This document shows positions 28,601 through 43,600 of a DNA stretch of 64,000 bases, one piece after another. Origin of the DNA: Isurus oxyrinchus (lineage: Eukaryota); contig JANJGN010000034.1 of the NCBI GenBank assembly GCA_026770705.1, positions 6,324,001-6,388,000 of the forward strand, in the 5' to 3' direction. Under the pieces are notes generated by a model, which was not told the origin of the DNA, did no database searches, and saw only the letters and a program-made list of their open reading frames with translations. A program made the position numbers and the translations under genes. How positions within the stretch are numbered: position 1 is the stretch's first letter; each line of letters opens with the position of its first letter.

Positions 28601-31600
28601 AATGAAAGCGGCATGCCCGTATTAACAATAACCTTTTAATTAAGGAAATTAAATTACAAAACTCTGTCATGAGAACTTTCTAATGTTGATTGGGTCAATA
28701 GAATAAAACTTTGGCAGTAAATTACAGTGTGGAAACATTTAAAGAGCCAAATGAAAATTATCAACAAATATACATTCCACCGAAAAATGAAACCTGAAGA
28801 CAGAAGACACTTTCTGGGTTACTAAGAGATTTAGAAGTAGCCAAAGGTCAAGGAAAAAGTTTTCACCTACACGTCATATTAAAAGGTACAAGGTTAAGGA
28901 CAGCTTTCGAGAATTGGGAAAAAAAGAAAAGTTAAAAACAAGTGAACTAAATAGAAAACAAAAACAGAATTATCTGGAAAAGCTGAGCAGTTCTGGCAGC
29001 ATCGGCGGAGAAGAAAAAATTGACATTTTGAGTCCTCATAACCCTTCGACAGAACTTGAGTGAGTCCAAGAAAGAGATGACCTGCTGTGTTTTTCCAGGT
29101 AATTCTGTTTTTGTTTTGGATTTCCAACATCCGCAGTTTTTTTTTTTTTTGTTTTGTTTTGAACTAAATAGAACACTTGAGCAATTTAGGCTGGGATATA
29201 AAATCAAATTGTAAAAACTTCTAGGGGAATTTTAAAAAGAACAAAATATTTAAAGAAAACCTTGGGTCCTGAGAATTAAGAACAGGAGAAATTATTGTGG
29301 GAAATTTAGAAATGACAGGGAGATTGAATAATTCTGCTTTGTCTTTGTGGTTGAAGACACAAGTTGTACACCAGAAACGTAGGCTAAAAGCGTATTGTGA
29401 TAACAGATGAAATTAAGAATATAATATAATCTGATGAGGAAAAAGTATTGCAGAAGATTAAAATCTGGCTAATCCCAAGGACTCTAGAGCCTACATTCTA
29501 GTGTTTTAATACAGATAGTTTCAGAGATGTTGCACAATTCCTAGATTCTGCAATGATACCAGCAGTCAGTAAGCTCTCTAATGTATTATTGCTATTCAAA
29601 GAGGAGGCTCTACGAAAATGGGCAACTGCAGGCCAGTTAGAGTGGAAGGTTTTAGGAAAGCTTCGGAATGTATTAACAAAGGAGCCTTAAAAATGCTATT
29701 ATAAAATCACACCGTGATCAGGCAAACTCAACATGATTTTATATTATGGGAATTGTTTTGAAAAAAAAGTTTTTTTCTGAGGGTGTAAGTAGTAAAGAAC
29801 ATTAAGAGGTATCAGTCAGTATGTTATTTCTGGATTTTCAAATTGCATTCAATAAGATGCTAGGGAAAAGGCTCACACACTGGCTAAGCGTTCATGGAAA
29901 TACGGGTACTATATTAGCATGGTAATGGGACTCGTTAATGGGCAGGATACAAAGGATAGGCATAAATGCGACATTCTTAAGTTAAAATGCCGTAACAAGT
30001 GGAGTGTCGCAAGGATCAGTGCAGAGGATGATCTATTTATAACATCTGTGGATGACTCAGGCAAAGAGATCGAGAGTAGCTTACCTATGTTTATTTGCAT
30101 CAAATATCAATGTGGAAATGTGCTTAGCGAGGAGGATGCAGAGAGGTTGTGGTGAAATAAAAGCATCTTAAGTCAGCAGGCAAGAAGATAACAGGCGTGG
30201 AATAATGTAGGAAGAGTAGGATTATGCAAATTTGTCGTAATGGTAGATAATTTGGATTTGTTAGAAGCCACGAAGCTTGTAATTAGTAATATTCAGAAGA
30301 ACATAGCTGTGCTTGGAGAAAAAACTCTAAAATTTAGCATTCCGGTACAACAAGCAATCAGTAAGGCAAGGGGCATGCTGGACTTTATAGAAAGGCGTTT
30401 GGAGCACAAGAGCAAGGAAGCCTTATTTCAATTTTACAAGGGTTTGCGGAGGCCACACCTGAAGGATCCCATAACGTTTTCATTTCATTATTTAAGGATG
30501 AATATAGTTCTTTTGGAGGCAGTATAGGAAAGATTCACTCGAGTGGTCCCTGGGATGAGGGTATGATCCTGTAAAGCAAAAGAAAAAAGGATTATGTTGT
30601 ATTTCGAGTTGCTCCGCCATTCAGTATGATCAAAACTGATCTTGGGCTTCAACTCCATTTTCCTGCCTACTCCACATTTCGCCCACACTGTCAAAGAGTC
30701 TGGGAAGCATAGTAACTTGCGCCTATAGTCCTTGGCATTCTTAAGAACGAGAGGTGATACTATTGAAACATACAACATGCTAAAGGATTTTGGTGGGTTA
30801 GGCACAGAGGCGTTGTTTCTGCTGGGTGGAGGATCGAGAACATTGGAGGCTGGCCGTGTTCACACACTTGGAGTAAATGGTTGGCCCTTTAGGACTGATA
30901 TAAGGAGATATTATTTTTACTCAAATGTTGTGATTCCGTGGAATTCTCTATCACAATTTTTATACATCCTCCAAAGCAGACTGTGCCGAAGGCTGTGATA
31001 GACAAACAGTTAGTATCTCTGAAGAAATCAAAGGATATGTAGAGTGGGTGCGGAAAGTGGATTTTTTTCTCACACAGTCAGCTATTATGGAATTGAATCG
31101 TGGGGCAGACCCGCCGACATAAGATGGCCTATTCCTGCTGCAATCTCTTGTGTTAATGTGTTCAGGTAAGGCTGAGGATGCATTGAGAGGCATGCATTTC
31201 AGATGTCCCTTACCAACCATTGGATTCATGTCAAGTAATCTTCATTTTAGCACTCCGTTTTCGCCTTTTTCCTTTACCATTGCACGATTCTCCACACAGT
31301 TGCACATCGCAAGTGACAAGAAACAATGCCAGTACTTTCTAAAGTTTCTAAGAACGAAAGGTAATCTAAATCAAGCTTACAATATCCTCATAGGGCTGGG
31401 CAGGGAAAATGCAGTTGAGATGCTTCTCCTCACTGATGAATCGAGAACACAGAGCCCACAGTCTCAAATGAGGACGACTCTCTTCTGTAAAAGCGCAGAG
31501 AATCTTTGGAATTGTCGACTCCTGGGGGCTGTGGAACGGCAACCATTGAGCATGTCCAAAACAGAAATATTTGGATTGCTGGAAATAAAAGGTGCAGTGG

Positions 31601-34600
31601 GAAGCGGGCAGTTTGGGGCAATTTTGTGGAGATAGATGATCATCAATGATCTGTTTGAATACCGGAACAGACCAGACAAGCCAAATGGCCTACTCCTGCT
31701 CCTTTGTCCTTGGGAAAATCTGGCAGTATGGCCGTGTACTCTAAAGTGTTCATTCCGTTCTCCAGTCTCATGGATGTTTAGTTTCAAATCCGGCTGTTGC
31801 CAAATGCTCACGTGATTTGTACGTTTAGAACCTTCAACAAATTGCTTTGTCCGGTCAAGAGGCAGCTAACTAGCTTCCTCGTAATGCCCCTGGATTAGCA
31901 ACCGAAAGGCCCAGGCAGAATTTTGTGGGGGCATAGGTTCAACGCCAATCGTGGCAGGTCCAGGGATTTGAGTTCAGTTAATACATCTGGAATATGAAGC
32001 TTATCTTAGCATGGTGACCATGGCAGCTATCACCATTTGTTCATTTAGATCGGAGTTGTGGATGAATTTCTTCCAACAGGGTGGTCAATCTTTTGAATTC
32101 TCTACCTCTTATGGTTATGGAGGCTCCGGCATTGAGCAGGCTCAGAACAGAGGTAGATTTTTTTTTAATACCAATGACATCGTGGTATGCAGGGCAAGAT
32201 GGCGTTGAGGTAGGAGATCGGTCATGATCTAGCTGAATAGCGAGGCAGACCAAGGGACAGAATGGTTTAATCTTGCCTCTACGTCCTTACACTCACATGC
32301 ATCCAGACATTTAGAGAGACTGGCTTCCAGAATCTTCACTGGTGCTCAAGCATGGCAGGAGTTGTTGGGTTAACAGACTAAACTACTCTGATACAGAAGA
32401 AGAAAGGGATGATTTACAACATTTACACTGTCAGCACCTGTGGACCCGAAATGCAACCTTGGGATCCCTAAATCTTTTTTGATTGTGCCTAAATGTTGAT
32501 CTTGCTGTGCAATCAGCGAAGTGTAAGATAGGTGGCTGACGATCCTCTCCGGTGGTTTTTGGTGCATTTGGCGGTGGTCATCCGGCAGCCAACGGCCGAG
32601 AGTGCATTAGTATGCTTTGGGGCGTTTGCAATCGTGCAGTGCCTGTACCTGCGGCAGTGCTGTCACCGTCATGCCCACAAAAAAGACGCAGGATTTAAAT
32701 GTTAGGCAATCCTCCACCATTGCATGCCATTCTGGTATCACACTGCTCACCTGAGAATTAAATGGAGATCGTTGGCAGCACTTCAAAATGGCACCAGCCA
32801 TTGTCGCAGCTTGTCCTCACACTTCTCATTTCCTCTGCGAACCTCGAATCAAGTACTGGTTGGCAGCAGTGTCTGCTGAAATACCATTGGCCAGTGACTG
32901 GGAAACCCCCTCGCAGTTGGTGAGTCTGCCCAATTTCTCGATGCTACAGGTTCAGGTCATGAGTGCGGGACTTGGGTCCTAGCTGCAGAATTCAGCCTAC
33001 CATTTTTGCTTCCATTCGCAATCACTATTCGCTAAGTACTGCTAACATCGTTGGCCAATGAAAGAGTATGAAGCTGAACAGGTTATTTTGCAGGACTGGT
33101 TTTGTGTCTGGCGTCAAATGCATTAGAAATTCCAGTCCATAACTCCATCCCTGTCTCCGCATTTCTGCTTCAAAATTCCTATCTAGGTCTGAGTGACCTC
33201 TGGGCTTGAATATTCTGATGTTATTTCTTTAGCTCAGAACCCACCTGAAAAATCTGGTGTTTGCAAATGAGATCTCATCAAGTCTCTTACCTGTTCTTTC
33301 ATTTCTTCCTTGGCGTCGATGGCTTGGCCATCATTTCTTTCCCATCCTAATTACCCTTGAGAAGATGTTGGTGAGCCAATTTTTGAACGGCTGCAGGTCA
33401 GGTCTAGTAGGCATATCCATAGTGCTTTTAGGATGGGAGTTCGAAAACTTTAGTCCACCAGCGATATCGAGTGCATCTTCAAAAACTGTGAACTTTACCA
33501 CCTAGAAGGACAAGGGCACCTGAATCATGGGAACGCCACCACCAACAAGATCCCCTCCAAACCACATACCACCCTGGCTTGGACCTATATGGTCGTTCCT
33601 TCGCTATCACTGGGACAAAATCCTGGAAAACCCTCCCAAACAGCAGTCTGCATGCTGCTACACACACGCTCTGCAGTGGTTCAAGGCAGCGGCTAATCAC
33701 CACATACTTAAGAGCAATAAGCCGTACAATTGTTTATGAGGCAGCCACGCCCACGTCCCATGAATGATGAACTAAATATATATACAGTTCCAAGTCAGGA
33801 TGATGTGTGGCTTGGAGTGGAGTTTGCCTCTGTTGTTGTTTCCAAACATTTGCTGCCTTCGTATTCCTACATTAATATAATTGATTTGGATGGGGTTGTG
33901 GAAGGAAACTTGGCAAGTTGCTGCAATGCACCTTATAGCTGGTACACATCGCTGCCACGGTGCATCGGTGGTGGAGGCTGTGAAAATTGAAGCTGTTCAA
34001 GCGAGGTCCTTTGCAATGGCTGTTGTCGAACTTCTTGATTGTTTTGGGAATGGAGACTACTCTATCACAATCCTGAACTGTGCCTTGCGGATGCTGTACA
34101 GCCTTTGCAGAATTGAGTTATTCGCCACAGAATTCGCCCAACATCTTATTGATGATGCAAAGTAGGTTCAAATTTAGAGTAAAAAGCACTTTAATTTGTC
34201 GCTGATAGTTTTCAAATAGCCTAATGCTTTAACTCTCCATGCTTCTGAATTTATTTGAACTCGACAAACCCTTGAGATGTCTGCGTTCCTCAAATTGTGG
34301 CAACTTCCATATCTCCAATGCCATTAACTCCAAAATTCGCCACAAATCCTTTCAGCCGTCCTGGCCCGAAACGATGGATTTCCCTCCCGAAGCATCTCCA
34401 ACTCTCTCTCTCCCCATTCTCCTTAAACAATTTAACATTGAGCAATCGTATAGGCAACTGTGCTGCTGTTTCCAAATAAGTCTCCGGGTCATTTTCATTC
34501 TGCTCTAGTTAAATGCCAATGATCAGATTAGTAGTTTACATGTGCTCTGTGATGTAGGGTGTAGTGCGTAATTTCCATGGATTTCTGCACAATATCCTTC

Positions 34601-37600
34601 AGAAATTCAGGCCCGTGGATGCAGATGCGAGCAGCGATAAACCAATGAATAAATCCATTGAAACACTATTAACGGTTACCTCATTCTCAAAATATGAATT
34701 CCACAGCATTATTAAGACAAAGCACGACATTGGCCAATAGGCCCAGAGACCCCCAGGGGATATTTAAACTGCAGAGGAGGCATCGTCAAAGCTTAGAGAA
34801 TATATTTCCTGGCTATACATCTTGTCCGGAAAAAGCCGCTATGTTACAGTGTGAGGACTGGCAAAAAGGCCAATTCAATGCATTGCACACCTGGCATATT
34901 GAGATTTTAATCCCACTGAAGGTTTAATTTGTGGTTCCATGGGCAGCTGGTCGGACAGTGAAATTCGAGGACATTGCTAAAGTCTCACTCGTGAAATGTG
35001 TTTGCCAGTTCTCGGTTTACACATGCAAAGACAACACTGAGGGAATGCTCCTCTGTCTGATTTGTTGTAATTCAGATGGGACGCTAAGTTAGAACATACA
35101 AAAAGGATTAGTTCATTAATCTTCCAAAAATGTTCAACTATTCAAGAGATCATGCGGGATACTAACGCAAAATCGTTGTTACTTATTTATTAATATATTT
35201 GGTTAACAATTCTCAATCAATCTGAGCATTGAACTAAATATTGCTTCGGAACAACCACCGTATTTGAGAAGAAATTGTGCCAAAAGACACCATCTATCGG
35301 ACTTTATAATACCATCTTATTATTCCTCTGCATCCCAGTATGTTGAACACCCGACTAGAAAACTGAATATTTTAAACCCAGTATTATGTAACGAGAAATG
35401 GATCATTAATAACCTTGTTTGCAAAGTGACTTTAGGGATGACAATTCATAATGTGATAGAATATTGCATTATGTTTCAAAGTGAGATCGTTCGATTTGAA
35501 GCCAGTTCTGATATCTGGACAAAGGAAGTTATGAAACTATGAGAGCGAGATGGACTAAAGTAGGTTTGGAAAATAGCGCATAGGTTTTGACGCTACATGG
35601 CCAAAGGTTAATCTATAAAGTTTTATTACATAGTTTACTGCAATTATACGTTCCTTCAAGGCACTAAAAATCCAATAAGTGAAGTCAGTTAACCGTAGCT
35701 AAAGATGAAGTTAAGTGTTCTACAATAATCACAGAACCACAGGCCAGAAGTGGCCCTTTGGCCCATCGCGTCTGCAGCCACATGTGAGAAACACCTGGCC
35801 TACCTAATCCCATCTACCAGCACTTGGCATTTAACGATCAATGTTATGACGTGCCAAGTGCTCATCCTGTCTTGTTTTAAAGGATATGAAGTCACCCACC
35901 TCCGCCATCTTCCCAGGGAGTGCATTCCACACAGTCACCACTCTCTGGGTAAAAAAAGATGTTTACTCACATTCCCCCCTCAACCTCCTGCCCCTCACCT
36001 TGAACTTATACCCCCTTGTGAATGACTGTTCAACTAAGGGAAACAACTGTTCCCTATAAACCCTGCCCATGCCCCTCATAATCTTGTTAGCCTCGATCAG
36101 GTCTTCTCTGCTTCAACGAAAACAGTCCAAGTCTCTCCAACCTCCCTTCATAACTTAAATGTTTCATCCCAGGCACCATCCTGGTGAATCTCCGCCGCAC
36201 CACCTCCACCGTAATCACACCCTTCCTATAATCTGGCCACCAGAACTGCACACAGTACTCCAGCTGTGGCCTCACTGAGGTTCTATTCAAATCCAGAATG
36301 ACCTCCATAATTTAGTAATCTATGGCTCGGTTGATAAAGACAAGTGTCCCATGTGCCTTTTTTCACCACACCACTAACATGCCCCTCTGCCTTCAGAGAT
36401 CTATGGACACACACGCCAAGGTCCATTTGTTCCTCTGAACTCGCTATTGTCATGCCGTTCATTGTATACTTCCTTCTCAAATTACTCCTTCCAAAGTGTA
36501 TCACCATACACTTTTCAGGTTAACTTCCATATGATTAGAAGAAAAGGCCTATCAATATGATAGAAATGGCTATAAACCTAATGATTTGGAACAATTTATA
36601 AATATAGCAGGGTAACAAGAAGAAACTGATTAAGAAAAGCGGAACAGAATATGAACGAGCAAAATACATTAAAAGAAGACAGAAAAAGCATGCAAAAAGG
36701 AAAATTTCGGTGAAGCCAAAGGCGGGTCCATTACAGACAGAATGAAGAGAATTTATAATGTGAAATACAGAAATGGCAAATTAGCTAAATGAGTGTTTTT
36801 TGTGTGCCTTTACTAAGGAAGATCAAATCATTCTCGCAGAATTATAATCCAAGGGAATAGGGGGAATGATTAATTAATGTAAATAAGTATTAGTAAGAAT
36901 TTTGTTGCACAAATTAATGGGACTGAAGATTGATAAGGCCCTGGGACCCGATATTCTACATCCCAAAGTGTTGAAAAGCGCAGCTAAGATGATAATGTTT
37001 GCATTGGTGATCACCTACTAAAATATTATAGATTCTGGAACAGTTACTGCAGATTGGAAGACAGGAAATATCACCTCACTATTTCAGGAGAGATGGGGGT
37101 GAAGACCGGTAACTACAGACCTGTTAGCCTTACATCAGTTTAGGGACAATGCAGGAATCTGGCATAGATGACTTGTTAAATTGGCTATTACATAATGATG
37201 ATCTGCTTGGGCATAGTCAAGATGGATTTATGAATGGGAAATCCGAAAATGTTGTATTTCATTTGAGGATGTTACAAACAGAATTGAAAAAGTGGAGTCG
37301 GTTGTTGAAGTCAACTTGGATTTTCAGAAGGCACAGTATAATGTCTATTGCATCATTAGTGAAAAGATAGCCCATGGGCTGAGAGGTAACCCACTGACAT
37401 GAATGAGGAATTGCTTTATTTTGGCAGAAAACAGAGAGTAGGAATAGACAAATTATTCTCACACTGGCAGGCTGTGCTTAGTAGGGTACCACAAGAATCC
37501 ATACTTGAGCAACAGCTGTTCACAGTACATAGCAATGATTTGGATTTGGGCAATAAATGTAACATTTCCAAGTTCACAATATTCACAAAGTTGGATGGGA

Positions 37601-40600
37601 AGATTTGTTGTGAGGAAGATGCAAAGTGGTTTCAAGGGAAGTGGGAGAGACTTGATGAGTGGGCTGAAACATGGCAGGTTGAGTGTAATGTGGAAAAAGG
37701 TTTGGGGCTATAAAGTTGGGAAGTTGGAACAGATGTGCAGAGTTTTGCTTAAATGATGAGAGATTAGAAAGTGTAGCCGTGCAAAGGTGCCTGGGTGCCC
37801 TCTTCAATATGTCACTGAAAGCTGAAATGCAGATGCAGCAAGCAGGTGGAAATGCTGATGGAATATTAGCCTGTCTCGCAGGGGGATTTGAGAAAGGAAA
37901 TTGCAAAGTCTTGCATCAATTGTATGAAACGTATGTGCCTCCTCTCCCACGCACAGTTTTGGGGTGTTACCTTGAGAACGATGTTATTGCCACAGAGAGA
38001 GTGCAAGAAGAGTTCAGCAGACTTGTTCCCCTGGTGGCGGGCCTTTCCTATGAAGACACTTTAGAGAACTGAGCCTGTATTCCCTAGTGCTTCGAAGAAT
38101 GAGAGGTGATCCGGTTGAAAGCTAGTAAATATTTAAGTGATTAGACAAGTTGGACGCAGGTAAGGTAATTCCATTTGTTGATGTGGCAAAACTCAGGGGA
38201 CATAATTTCATAATAAAGAGGTGGGGGCCCATAGGACCGAGACGAGGTGATCTTTTTTACTCAGAAGGAAATCAGCCTTAGAATCATCTACCCCAGAGGA
38301 CAGTGGAAGCTGAGATTTGTTGAGCATGTTTGAAGCAGAGACAGGGATTTCTAAATACCATGGCAAAATTATCTATGGGGACATTTTTGGAAAAAGGCAT
38401 TGAAGGGCATGATCATCCATAATCATATTGAGCAGCGGACCAGGCTCGATGGGATGGGCTGAGTGGACAGTTCCTGCGCTTATGTTCCTCCATCAGTTTG
38501 TTTCACGCTATTTCAGTCTAAATACTTCACCACTCCCTCCAAATTCAAAGTTGAAATTTCAACTCATTTAGCAACATGGCAACCGAATTCTTGTTCCACG
38601 GGCTTTCTGCATAAATCATAGCAAGGGTTTTGTGTGTGCTCAAGTCTTCCTGAATGGCCACATACCTTGCCCACCTTCGACATCACCACGTCATGCTCAG
38701 TGATAGCTACGGTTTGATGGCTGGAGCCCCTGCCAATGCACCAGCTGATGCAGATTGCGAGGATGAATTGAGATTTTTGGATAAGGAAGTCCTGTCGATC
38801 ACCACATTGCAGTACAGAGGATCATGGAGGGAGTAGAAGGGGGGCTAGGTGGCTGGTTTGACATGACAGCATGAGAAACTTTACATGGGTTCCAGTCTGG
38901 TCACTCAGGCGGCCACAAAAGGTCCAATAGATTTGTTTCCAAAAAACTAGGGAATTCCCTGACTCGGACACGCTTATTCCCCAATTAGGATCATGGAAAG
39001 CACAAATAACCACAGAGCAGTTTGTGAAAACTTCTCATGTGCGAAGTAACTCTAGCATTCCCTAAGCTATGACATGAGCTGGCCCTAAGCTGTTCACTAT
39101 ATGTGGTGTCATTTTCAAAACTCTTGTGCTGTCAATGCCACCTTAATGTAAACATTTAACGTTACGAGCGAGAGGAAAGAAACACTTAGCGACATTCTTA
39201 ACTTGTTGATACCAAGCAGATTAAATTCACCTTCTAATTCCAGATGGAGACGCAATGCAACAAAAGATCAAAGACTTGGGTAGGTGGAATATTTACCATT
39301 TTGAGTTAAGAACAGATATTGTGAGTTACAAACATTACCAATGTAACATCTTGTCAACTCTAATATCACAGTGTGCAATTGCATCAGATGAGAAGTTTCA
39401 CTCTCAGTTCCCAACCGACCCGCTTATATAATCTGCACTGTCATCCCAAATAAAAACATGTCATAAACAAGTGTAGGCGAACTTTTCAGAGCAATTAGGC
39501 CAATTGGCTGACAGTGCATGAGTTACTGGAGCTGCAAACACACCCAGCAAAGTGGATAATATTCACCAAGATTATGGGGATTGCCAAGGCTTCTTCAAAA
39601 CCCACGAGCAGTACCAACTAGAAGGACAACAGCAACAGATAGCTGGGTGCACCATAACCTGGGAGTTCCCCTCCAAATCACTCACCATCCTGACTTGGAA
39701 ATATATTGCCTTTACTTCCATTCCGCTGTGCCAAAACCCTGGTAACCCCTCCCTAAAAGCACAGTGGGTGTACCTATACCAGATGGACCATTGTGGCTGA
39801 AAAAGGGGGCTCACTACCACCTTCTCAAGGGCAGCTAAAAATGGGAAATAAATGTTGGCTCAGCCAGTGAAGCCCACATCCCGGGAATGAATTTTTCTTT
39901 TTGTAATCAATAGAATTTCTTCTTTCGAAGTAGTGATTTAATAGGCAGATGAATTATTCTCTACAGTTAACCCGAATGCAAGTTCTCTTCAGCACCAAAA
40001 CAGATTTACCTGGAAAAAAGTCAGCAGGTCTGGCAGCATCGGCGGAGAAGAAAAGAGTTGACATTTCGAATCCACATGACACTTCAACAGAACTCAGTGA
40101 ATATTAGGAGACGGGTGAAATATTAGCTGCTTTATGGTTGGCGGAGTGTGCGTGGGGAGAGAAGTGGTGGGGGTGTGGTTGTAGGGACAAGCAAGCAGTC
40201 ATCGGAGCAGATAATCAAAATATGTCACAGACAGAAGAATAAAGACGTGTTGAAGGTGGTGATATCATGTAAACGAATGTGCTAATTAATAAGATGGCGG
40301 GAAACTCAAGGGATACTCGAGTGGGGGTGCGGTGGAAAGGCTAACAGAGCAATAATGATATAGATTTAAAAATAATGGAATAGGTGGCAAAATAAAAAGC
40401 TATATAAATTATTGAAAAAAAAAACAGAAAGGAAGGGGAAGAAACGGCAAGGGGGTAGGGATGGAGGAGGGATTTCAAGGTCTAAAGTTGTTGAATTGAA
40501 TATTCAGTGCAGGAGGCTGTAAAGTGCCTAGTCGGAAGATGAGGTGCTGCTCCTCCAGCTTGTGTTGGGTCTCACTGGAACAATGCAGCAAGCCAAGGAC

Positions 40601-43600
40601 AGACATCTTGGCAAGAGAGCAGGGTGGAGTGTTAAAATGGCAAGCGACAGGGAGATTTGGGTCTTTCTTGTGGACAGACCGCAGGGTTCTGCAAAGCGGT
40701 CCCACAGTTTACGTTTGGTCTCTCCAATGCAGAGGAGACTGCATTGGGAGCAACAAATGCCATGCGCTACGTTAGCAGAAATGCAAGTGAAATGCTTCTT
40801 CACTTGCAAGGAATGTTTGGGCCCTTGGACGGTGAGGAGAGAGCAAATTCCCTTTAGTGGCCATGCTATTTATGTGGCCAATCTAGCCAAGGTTATTGTG
40901 AATTACATAATCGAAGATGTTAGTGGCAGATGTTGCTGTTCAGAGACGGTTTGGAAAAAAAAATGAAATCCAAACGGAAATGTTTTGGCTCCCAAACATG
41001 TGAAGTACCGAAGCTTGCTGGCCTCTCGTTTCAAAAGTATCCACACTTTTTGCTTCTGCTTCTTCAAACAGCTTCACCTAACTCAGCCTCTACATGATGT
41101 CCAACTGAAAGCACTATTTAGATATTCTCTGACCTCTCAACAGAAAATAAATTAAAAGAAAAAGTGAAAGGTAAATGGAAGCATTCAATTGATTTTCGGG
41201 AATATTGAAACGTGCTGCCTGTGGCCTGTTTCACGTGAACATCCTCCAGAGACTAAATAACCCCATGACTCTTGTTTTTTAGAACTGGAATCTAAAGTCC
41301 CATTTGAAGGTGAGCAAAAAGGAATTATAAAATAAGACGGTGTGGAAAAAGGCCGTTATCCCTATTCCGCCTTGAAATTAACAGGATTCTCGGTATTTTG
41401 ACCCTACCATACAATGCATGTTGATGCCGAATGCATGACCTGCAACAGCGCCGGGTACTCAAAACTAAAAGGAATACCTGTGTTTCCAAAGCGTTGATCA
41501 TGATTTAAGGACATCACAAAGTGCTTTGAAGCTGATGAAGTAACTTTGATAAAAACAAAAAACTGCAGATGCTGGAAATCCAAAACAAAAACAGAATTAC
41601 CTGGAAAAACTCAGCAGGTCTGGCACCATCGGCGGACAAGGAAAGTATTGACGTTTCGAGTCCTCATGACCCTTCGACAGAACTAGGTGAATCCCACGAA
41701 GGGTTGAAATATAAGCTGGTTTAAGGTGGTGGGGGGGGGGGGGTGGTGTTGGGTGGGGGGAGAGAAGTGGAGAGGGGTTGTGTGATTGTAGGCAAAACTA
41801 GTGATAGAAGCAGATCATGAAAAGATGTCACAGACGGCAGAACAAAAGAAGACATAGTTGTCGAAGTTGGTGATATTATCTAAACAAATGTGCTAATTAA
41901 GAATGGACTTTGAGGCGTGGTTTGTTGACTAATATCGGAGACCCGGGATCCAATTAACCCAAAGATATCCCCCTCAACAAGAAATGTCATAATGGAAAAT
42001 CATGGATTTTAAGAGGATAATTGTCCCTTAAATATTGGCCACTGCATTTCCGAGGAACTCCCATACGATTTTATTCGCCCAACTGAGTGGTTATGATTGA
42101 AATTTAATCGAAAATATTGCAACCCCAAAAGTGTAGTGTTGACTCTCTATTCACCTTTCGGCATCGCACAATTACCACAGAACTGCCCTCTGATTGTGCA
42201 GCACTTCAATACCATTGCATTTCCCTGACAGTCCAGATTAGTGGTCTCTGGAGAGGGATTCAGAAACCACAATCTTGCGCTTCAGATGCCTCAATGAAAC
42301 AGCATGAGCAAAAGTTTGCACATCAGCTTGATAGGCAACCCGTCCATCTCTTTCTACATTCATTCCGTCCATCACCGACGCACAGTGGTAGCAGTGTGTA
42401 CCATCTACTAGATGCACGGCAGCAAATCATCAAGGCTCCTTTGACAATTCATTCCAAACACTCGACCCCATCACCTAGATGGACAATGGTAGCAGACAAC
42501 TGGGAAAACCATCAAGTGCCCCTCAAACCAAACATCCACCTGACATAGAACAATTTTGCCATTCCTTAAGTTTCGCCGGTGATAATGCTATCACACCTTT
42601 GATAATTTTCAACAGCATATGGACAGCAGCGGTTGAGGAATGCAGCACATACTAGCTTCTCAAAGGGATTTGGCAATAAATGATGGCCAAACTAGTGACG
42701 CTGACATCCCGTGACAGATAAAATATACTTTTTTAAGCTGTATCAACAAACGAGGGAGAATGTAATGCAAGGGCAAGAGGAGTGAAGATTTGTGTAAATC
42801 ATGAACAAAGCGTAGGTCATCAAGAGATTGGAAATGCTTTGTAAATATTAATATCGCTGCCTATTGCATTAATGGTTGGAGATTGGATTTATCTCCAATG
42901 TATTTTCCTTCTCTACTGCCGAGAAACAGATGAGGCTATACGTGAAAAGAATGAAGGTAATATATTGAAACATTGAATTTCTGATTTCTGAGCACTTTGC
43001 TGAAGATGTTGGTGATACCATTCAAAGTTGCTACACGTTATGCTGCCGATGGTTCACACTGTCGCAGAGCTGCACTCCTGATGTATAAGGTTTCAGTGAG
43101 TTACATCATGAAGGGAAAATGTTCCGCCTGGGCTTAAAATTCTTGAAAGGAAACTTTAGGTCAAAATCAGAATTGGACCATTATGATAACATCATTGACT
43201 AGGATTGATATCCGTCAGCAAACCAAAAAATGGAATTAAAATTTCAACTTTTATCACGGTGTGCCTAATACTGGGCAAAGTGTAAAGTAACAATATAATG
43301 ATGGATCAATAAAGAAGCAGATTTAAACAAAGGAGATATGAATTTCAACAAAAATGCAGTGAAATGCAGCAGTGTTTAAAAAGGGTGAAGAGCTATCCAT
43401 TACCTTACAAGAGAGAAAACAAGCTATAGGACGTTAGAGAAGAATAGAGGAAAAAGTCACCTTCCAGCACCAATAGTTCTGCTGTTCCACAATAATATTA
43501 AAATAACACTTTTAAGGAGAGACTCACCGTGTGCAGCACAACCACCCAGACCTCCACCATACCACCACATTCAATAAATGTACCTCACGGTAAAGCGGAT

